A stretch of 64,000 nucleotides of DNA, taken from the NCBI RefSeq assembly GCF_009914755.1, contig NC_060926.1. One strand, written 5' to 3'. The DNA is from the human T2T-CHM13v2.0 reference genome, Homo sapiens. Shown in pieces: positions 56,480 through 64,000 of this stretch (positions within the stretch are counted from its first letter, which is position 1; each line of letters opens with the position of its first letter). The notes under the pieces were generated by a model. That model worked only from the letters and a program-made list of their open reading frames with translations. It did not search any database and was not told the origin of the DNA. The translations under genes were made by a program, and so were the position numbers.

Positions 56480-57971
56480 CTACCATGAAGATGGGTAGAT
56501 CAAGCAAGGAGAAGAAATAGATGAATTGAAGGTAGAATGCAAAGAAAGCAAACAATATTGTAGAAGGAAGCAGGAGGAAAAATACAGAAAAGAAAGTGGG
56601 TAACAGTCTAAGTAAGAAACCACTCTTCTTGCTTTGGGAGGAGATTCTGATCAGAACTGGAAGTCTGCCCTCTTTCCTTGCTAAGAAGCCAGAGTTAGAA
56701 ACACAGGTGTCTTCTCCCTTATTAGCAAGTGCCAGGGGAATTAACAGTCCATTCCACATGTTCTGGTCTTTGAGACTCTCACCGGAAGCAATGATATTGG
56801 AGAAACAGTAAGTAAGGTCCACTGGGTGAATGCTCCCTTAAGGGCAAATAGGAGGCTGAATCTGGGCCGCAGTTGTCGAAGAAGAAAGAAATCTAATCAC
56901 TTCTTAATCTCTGATTTTGGCAGCCAGTACTTGTTCTCCCAATAGATTCTACTACATGTCTCACAACTATAAACCTTAAATTGCTAACAACAGTCTTGCC
57001 TCTATAGTCCATCTTTCAGCCACAAGGTCCTGTGAGATTTGCATAATAAACAGTTCTAATTTATTTTTTTCTTCAAAATTCAGAGTTGTGATAAAAATAT
57101 AGAAATATAATAGTCTTGTCCTTCAAACAGTTTTCATTCTGGTTTGCAATTGTTTTTAGGTACTAGAAAAGTGTAATAATTAGGATCTATTATCAAGATG
57201 ACTGGAGCACTGAATCAGTATAATGGCCTCTGTCCATATAAATCATGGTGGCATGATGATATAAATGATAGTTTTATAGCCATTTCTGGAATCTACACTC
57301 AATGAAACAAAATAATATTATCTTTCTGAGACAGCTTCCACCTCCAAGAATATTAAGTGGAAGTATCTTTTCTAAAGAGAAAGTTACACATATTTTCCTT
57401 CAGAATAGCAAGTGGAGGGTGACGACACTCAAACAGGGTCAGCAGATGTCAGGGCCCATCCCTGCCAGATGCTCCAATACCCGAGGCACCTATCAAGAAA
57501 GGAGAGGGGGAGCTTTGTACATGGTGTACCAACTTCTCTACTAAATTACCAACTTCTTGAAAACCACAGCTCATTCTCTCTCTCTAGGGAGCAAGCAATA
57601 AAAGAAATCTATGGAAGAAATGATTTTCCTTCATTCTCCTTTGAGCCTCTGTGCACAGCGAAATGAGGGTTTCTACATAAATATTTCTTTCTGACTTAAT
57701 GTACTGCCCTGGTTACTTATTTCAACACTTTCACTACATGTCTTCCTTTATAATCCATATAGGGATGACTTCTTTGGGGATATTACGGAAAGATAAGGGA
57801 TAAAGGGTAGAGGAGTGGCTGGAACTGAATACCAGAGGATCCCACATTACTGCCATTGCTCTCTACCAAATAACAGCCTAGAACTCACAGACTCAGCAGC
57901 TTTCCATGCAATATTAACGCAAGACAATGGCTTCTGCTCTGGAATGCACCCCCCAACAGGCAGACTTCATT

Positions 57972-58121
57972 TTCAGGAAGACCATACATACTGGTTTGCC
58001 TGAGACTATTTGGTTTTTGCAAATTGCCCTGCCATATGTATAATTGCACCACTTTTCCAAGCAGGGTCACTTTTACAGAAAGTGACCCTGCTTGGAAAAA
58101 AAAAGTATATAATCACCCTAC
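57972..58121. mobile_element. MER94-like MITE carrying a 21-bp perfect palindrome
   Basis: gaccatacatactggtttgcctgagact ... aaagtgaccctgcttgga ... tatataatcacccta. Confidence 0.6.
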
Positions 58122-58332
58122 TTTAGTTTTCCTTTATAACACTATCCCGTACCACTACCTACACCACTACCATAAAAATCTGACATGAAATACCAGATTT
58201 TACTACCATATTGGAAAAACTTTCAAAGAGCAAAGTATAAATTAAAGAATTTAAAAAGAAACACTACATATGACCTTCCTTATAGTCCAGAAGAAAGGAC
58301 TGAATAATTTCTTTTAGAGATGCACCCAAGGT

Positions 58333-58588
58333 CCTGACCTTGCTCCTCTGACCTTAAGACCACACTCTGTGGCACCCAGTGGTGGCTCTGTGTGGGCATG
58401 TGTACAACACATATGTGTGAGAGTGGGGTCAGTCTCCAACAACTCCTCTTATCAAGTTATTCGAAATATACACCCAATATTAATGTAAATAGCTTAACTA
58501 TCATATATGCAATGCAGATACAACTTTAAGAAAGGTCCCATAGGCTCCTCTTCCAACCACGTTGCCATAATGAGACCCTACCACACAT
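58333..58588 (+). repeat. Probable source of the direct copy at 56234-56479
   Basis: Same alignment. Confidence 0.95.
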
Positions 58589-59084
58589 AAATTCTGGACT
58601 TTCCACTTTCTACACCCACCCTGAGAGCACCTTGAACTCTCTATAGTGCCAGATTCCACACATCTACTCACAGGAGTTAGACTCTCTCCAGGGTCCATCT
58701 CTCATCTCCCATAAGCACTCAATAAACAGAGTAGCCATTTGTGCAATTTCCCAAATCTGACTTATTTAATATAGTACAAAATTCTCACGTGAGGATAGAG
58801 CAGAGAGGAAGTGCTTCGGAGGCGCCATCTGAATAGTGCAGCATAAATTTAGGTGTGCTAAACCCAGCCCCTTTGAGGACTTCTTATCAATATGAATTTA
58901 CTTTATTTTTTTCTCTAAGCACCTAGTAAGTAATTGTTGGAACACATTTCTGATGCATGAACACATGTATACCAAACCATGCCAGACAATCATCAGTTCT
59001 CAGAAATAGCACAGTCTAAATTCAAAAGGAGAGAGAAAAATGTGTTTCTAAATGCCCTGTAACTGGCAATGTCCCTGATGCCCA

Positions 59085-59300
59085 CAGCGTAGGCAGCATG
59101 CTGCATATTTCATGCTGTGCGCTGTCAGTGTTTCCCTACCCTGCCTGTTTTCACAATATGTCCCCTTAAGACTGCAAAGAATAATAAACAAACAAAAAAC
59201 TTTAGGAAACCTCCAAATACCTTCTCCCACTGGATTCGCAAAGATTCAGCTAATGGTTGAATGTACAACCAGAGAGGACCGGAAAAAGTATATACACAGA
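59085..59300 (+). repeat. Probable source of the inverted copy at 56018-56233
   Basis: Same alignment. Confidence 0.95.
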
Positions 59301-59639
59301 GTGTCCTCTTACCCTCCAGCCTCTGCATGAGGAACGGATTATTTCATTTGTATTGCTATAATTTTGAAGATAAAAATGTGAGAAAAGCTTACATTGATTT
59401 CTCTCTCCATTTTCTGTTTAATTTTTTCACTTTCTCCTCCTTTAAACGATTCCTACCTTCTGCACATTTATATTATATCAAATGCTATGTGTAGTCAGCA
59501 GGCAATGCCATGAAAAATAAGAAAAAAGACCTGCAGTTACTTAATGCTTTTTGTACAGAAAACACAATGATATAAAATACCTGTCTTATCAGATAAGTCA
59601 GCCAATATATTAACACAGAAACTGTTCATTTCCACCAAA

Positions 59640-59850
59640 AGCTGAGTCAGTATGGCAGAATGAATAAGATACAATGAAATCAGGAAGATACAGTTTAAAA
59701 TCTTGAGTCTGCCACTAACTCCCACTGTAACATTGGGCGAGTTACTTAAATTTCTCTGAATCTCAATTATCTTAATTGAAAATTGATTTAACTTTATCTT
59801 TTAAAGTTGTGAGAAGAGTTAAATGAAAAATCAAATAAAAAACATCAAAA
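59640..59850. mobile_element. MIR SINE
   Basis: tctgccactaactcccactgtaacattgggcgagttacttaaatttctctgaatctcaatt ... gttgtgagaagagttaaatga. Confidence 0.75.
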
Positions 59851-59899
59851 ACGATATGTGGTAACTTCTTTAACTGCCAAATAAGTCACTGCCCAGTGC

Positions 59900-61060
59900 T
59901 CTCACCTGAATGCATAAGCACATCTTCAAACTCAACGTCGCCAACCCACTTCTTGAGAAAAATACCTCATGACCAACATTGGGAATCACCAGTAGTTCAT
60001 CATTCTCTGCTATCTTATGTCATCCGATCAGTCATTGAATCTTCTGGGGGTCCACTTCAGAACAAGCTTCATCTTTTTCTCTCCCCATTTATTTCCATGG
60101 GCACTGCCTTAATATAGGTTTCCATAGCCTCCCTTCTATACTGCCTTAATATAGGTCTTATAATTCTTCTGGATTATTACAGTCTTTACTGGTCTTCCTG
60201 CCTCCAATCTCTACCCTTCTAAATCTACTCTCCCAATTATCCCAAGGTAATGTTTTTGAACTATAAATATGCTCACATACTTGCTATCCTTGAAATAATG
60301 TAATGACTTTCCTTTGCCTATTAGAATGATTTTCAGCTCCTTAGCATGGTATATACTAAATCTTTTTTTTTTTTTTTTGAGATGGGGTCTTGCTCTGCTG
60401 CCCAGGCTACAGTGCAGTGGCATGATCTCGGCTCACTGCAACCTCTGTCTCCCAGGTTCAAGTGATTTCTGGCTAATTTTTTTATTTTTAATAGAGACAG
60501 TGTTTCACCATGCTGGGCAGACTGATCTCAAATTCCTGACCTCAAGTGATCCGCCTGCCTCGGCCTCCCAAAGTGCTAGGATTACAGGAGTGAGCCACGG
60601 CACCCAGCCTATACTAAATCTTCACTGGCTATATTAAAACCCTCATTTTTCTGCCACTACTAAGCAGGTAATCTTCAGGCAGCCCCCTAGTTATTATTTC
60701 CTTAAGTATAACTTAATAAATATTCTTAAGAAAATCTCATTTGCTTAAGCCTCTGGGCCTTTCTGCATGATATTTCCTTTAAAATGTTTTTTTTTCTTTT
60801 TGTTATTAATTATTGAACCTAAATTGCTCTTTGAATTCAACTGAGCAAAGGCTCCACCAGGGTTATTTGTTCAGTCCTTTAAAATCATAAGCTACTTTTT
60901 AAAAGATTATTATAGCAGTATATAATGATCTATTTAAATGTCTACTGCCTAACTAAATAAAGAGCATGAGTTTTTTGTCTTTGACTCTTCAGTATCTAGC
61001 ACAACATCTGGCACCTGGGCAGCCTCACTGCCTGTGCTGAATGGACACATGGGTGAATGG
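59900..61060. mobile_element. L2 remnants interrupted by an Alu
   Basis: ctggattattacagtctttactggtcttcctgcctccaatct ... cttcagtatctagcacaacatctggcac. Confidence 0.6.
60362..60609 (-). mobile_element. AluS with internal deletion and TSD
   Basis: aagtgattt joined to ctggctaattttt; TATACTAAATCTT on both sides. Confidence 0.92.
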
Positions 61061-61869
61061 GCAACTGGAAATGGAAATATTCATTTGTTTGAACTGACAT
61101 ATGTCACAGGCATTATTGCAAAAGAAGGACTGGTTTTTGTAAAGTGAAAATGCTGTGGACACTTAAACCTAAAGAATGGAAGGAATGATAACTACCATAC
61201 CAGAAAAGAAGTGTCAAAATGAGTTTGCAGGGTTTGTTTTAAATGTGCCCAGCCTGTTTTTATTCTAGGAGATTTTGCTACTGTGTCTATCAAAATGCAT
61301 ATGTCTAACAAAGAATACATGGGACTGCCATCATTTACCCTGAGGTGACCTAGAAAGCAATTTGTTAGTGTGGAGAAACACACAAATGACCCAAAGACTA
61401 GGGTGATCATCATTCATTTATTCAACAAATATTTACTGAGAACTTAATATATACCAGTCACTGATTAGCTATAAAAATGTTTTTAATTGGACTAATGAGA
61501 GTTGATGATGTCACTGCAAAAGAAAAAAAACCCCAAAAGTCATGTGTTTGGAGACTATTAAAGTGTTTACTTCCTGTATAAATTGATTTTCCCACTTCCT
61601 TGACCATAAGTTACCTTCCTAGGGAAGATTATACTGTGAAAATACCTTACTCTAATATAGCCTCATACATAAGGAAACATGGCATATCAAAGTGGGACAG
61701 TATGTTGAGGGTTCACGAGACCATCCACTTCATTGGTGCATTGGTAAATTCTGCCCTCCTTTTAGAATTTACTATATTTAGTACAAAAGGTCCCTTATAT
61801 GACTAACTGGCACCTAGACAAGAGATACTACTTGAGTTCTCATAAGATAAAACATTTGTAACAACTACA

Positions 61870-62092
61870 GCAGGTGAAAGCAAACTACATCTTGAAGGCA
61901 AAATCTACCCAAAGTTTGTTTCTGTAAATAAAGTTTAATTGCAACATGGTGCATATCCATTCATTTACATATTGTTTACAGCTGCTTTCTTCCCTAATGG
62001 CAGAGTTGAGTACTTGTGACAGAGACTGTATGGCTTGCAGCTGCTGAAACATTTACTATCCGTCCCTTTATAAAAATTTGCCAAGTTTTCTA
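61870..62092. mobile_element. MER58A hAT-Charlie MITE
   Basis: tgtaaataaagtttaattgcaaca ... ggcagagttgagtacttgtgacagagactgtatggc ... atttactatccgtcccttta. Confidence 0.85.
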
Positions 62093-62184
62093 CTACAGGT
62101 ACCGGATTGTATTGAGAAAACCATTTCAGAATACAAATGTAGTAAAGTAGATAAGATCAGTCAGCTAAAAGGAAGTTTAAATCC

Positions 62185-62555
62185 CACTAACCAACCTCTC
62201 TGTATCCTCCCTTCCCATTCACACACCCTTCCCAGGCTTTGATATCTATCATTCTATTCTCTACCTCCATAAGATCAGATTTTTAGCACCCACATATGAA
62301 TGAGAACACGTGGCATCTGTCTTTCTGTGACTGGCTCATGTCACTTAACGTTATGACCTCAACTTCTTTCCACATTGCTGCAAATGACAGGATGTCATTC
62401 TTTTTTATGACTGAAGAGTATTTTATTGTGTGTGTGTGTGTACATATATATGTGTATATATATGTATATACGTATACTACATATACGTATATACATATAT
62501 ATACACACACGTACATGTATACATAGTATATATGTATATACATATATATGTATAT

Positions 62556-62594
<39 letters not shown>

Positions 62595-64000
62595 TTTCTT
62601 TATCTATTCATCATCTGTTGATGGACACTTAGGCTGATTCTATACCTTTGCTATTGTGAATAAGTGCTATGATAAACATATAAATGCAGGTATCCCTTTG
62701 ATACATAGATTTATTTTCCTTTACACAAATACCCAACTCAAGATTGCTATGACTATTCAGCTTATTTTTGGTTCCATGAGAATTTTAGAATTGTTTTTTC
62801 TATTTCTGTGAAAAATGGCATTGGTATTTTCACAGAGATTCCATTAAATCTGTAGATTCCTTTGGTCAGCATGGTCATCTTATTGATATTAATTCTTCTG
62901 ATCCCTGAGCATGGGATGTCTTCCATTTGTTTGCTTCCTCTTCAATTTCTTTCATCAGTGTTTTGCAGCTTTCTTTGCAGAGATCTTTCAGCTCCTTTGT
63001 TAAAATTAATTCCAAGGCATTTATTTATTTTTTGTGGGTATTTTAAATGGGATTACCATATTGATTTATTTCTAAACTGGCTTATTATTGGTATATAAAA
63101 ATGCTATTGATTTATGGATGTTGATTTTGTATTCTGCAACTTTAGTGCATTTATCAAATCTAGGAATTTATTGGTAGAGTATTTAGGGTTTTCTAAATGT
63201 AAGATTATAACATCAGCAAAGAGGGACAATGTGACTTTTTCTTTTCTAGCTTGGTTGCCTTTTCTTTCTTTCTCTTGCTCCAACTAGGACTTCCAGTACT
63301 ATATTGAATAGGCATGGTGAAAGCAGGCATCCTTGTTTTGCTCCAGATCTTACAGGAAAGGCTTTCAGTTTTACCCGAGTCAGTGTGATGTTAGCTGTGG
63401 GTTTGTCACACATGGCTTTCATTATTTTGAGGTAAGTTTTCTCTATGTCTGTTCATTGAGAACATTTATCCTGAAGAGATGCTGAATTTCATCAAATGCT
63501 TTTCCTGTGTCTTTTGAGATAATTATATGGTTTCTGTCTTCCATTCTGTTTATGTGATATTTCATATTTATTGATCTGCATATGTTAATTATTCTTGCAT
63601 CCGTGAGATAAATTCCACTTGGTCATGTTATATGACCATTTTGATATGCTGCTGGATTCAGATTGTTATGTTTTGTTGAGGATTTTTGTGTCTATGTTCA
63701 TCAGAGATATTGGCTTATAGTTTAGTTTTCTGTTGTGTCCTTGTCTGGCTTTTGTATCAGGGTAATGCTGGCCTCATAGAATGAGTTAGTGAGGGTTCCG
63801 TCTTCATCAATTTTTTAGAATAGTTTGAGGAGGATTGGTACTAGTTCTTTTATGTTTGGTAGAATTTGGCTTTGAATCCATCCTATACTAGGATTTTCTG
63901 TATTAGAGAACTTTTTATTACTGATTTAATCTTGCTACTTGTTACTGTTTTTTGCAGACTTTCTATTTATTTCTAATTTAATCTTGGTAGGTACTATGCT
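62185..64000 (-). mobile_element. L1MA-like element running off the window, with an internal deletion near 62740
   Basis: ttttagcacccacatatgaatgagaaca, gtagattcctttggtcagcatgg, ggcatccttgttttg, gctggcctcatagaatgagttag. Confidence 0.88.
62427..62592. repeat. Compound (TG)n-(TA)n-(CA)n microsatellite inside L1
   Basis: Direct reading; self-complementary arrangement. Confidence 0.95.

Noticed and set aside
55974-56501. L1 twin-priming retrocopy as the origin of the composite insertion
   Set aside because: There is no poly-A or endonuclease consensus site, and the joined source positions (59085 and 58333) are not arranged as twin priming predicts.
55994-59330. Near-identical 70-aa ORFs at 55994-56206 (-) and 59112-59330 (+) suggesting a duplicated small gene
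   Set aside because: They are a by-product of the DNA inverted repeat; I see no recognisable domain, promoter or splice context.

Overview
AT-rich, CpG-poor primate genomic DNA, most likely human or African great ape, judged from Alu elements and an L1PA2-type insertion. It is intronic or intergenic, and I cannot name the locus. No intact protein-coding gene is supportable. The listed ORFs are decayed LINE-1 ORF1/ORF2 pieces, Alu read-throughs, simple-repeat translations or chance ORFs. The window is dominated by transposon fossils: a nested L1 block at about 14.6-29.3 kb containing one full-length older L1PA, 11 Alu copies or fragments (10 on the minus strand), MaLR LTRs, hAT/Tigger MITEs, MIR and L2. 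Subfamily names come from remembered consensus diagnostics, boundaries are approximate, and both need RepeatMasker/Dfam confirmation. Five things stand out. (1) A roughly 0.5 kb composite insertion at 55974-56501 is built from an inverted and a direct copy of sequence 2-3 kb downstream, with an 11-bp flanking duplication and fold-back junctions. (2) It sits next to a roughly 660-bp degenerate (GTGGAT)n hexamer array, with two perfect palindromes nearby. (3) An Alu-L1-Alu block appears to have inserted as one unit into an old LTR. (4) A well-formed 99-nt candidate exon lies on the minus strand. (5) A candidate terminal exon lies downstream of it on the same strand. I do not see evidence for a new multi-gene system; the novel signals are rearrangement scars and candidate regulatory or transcribed elements.
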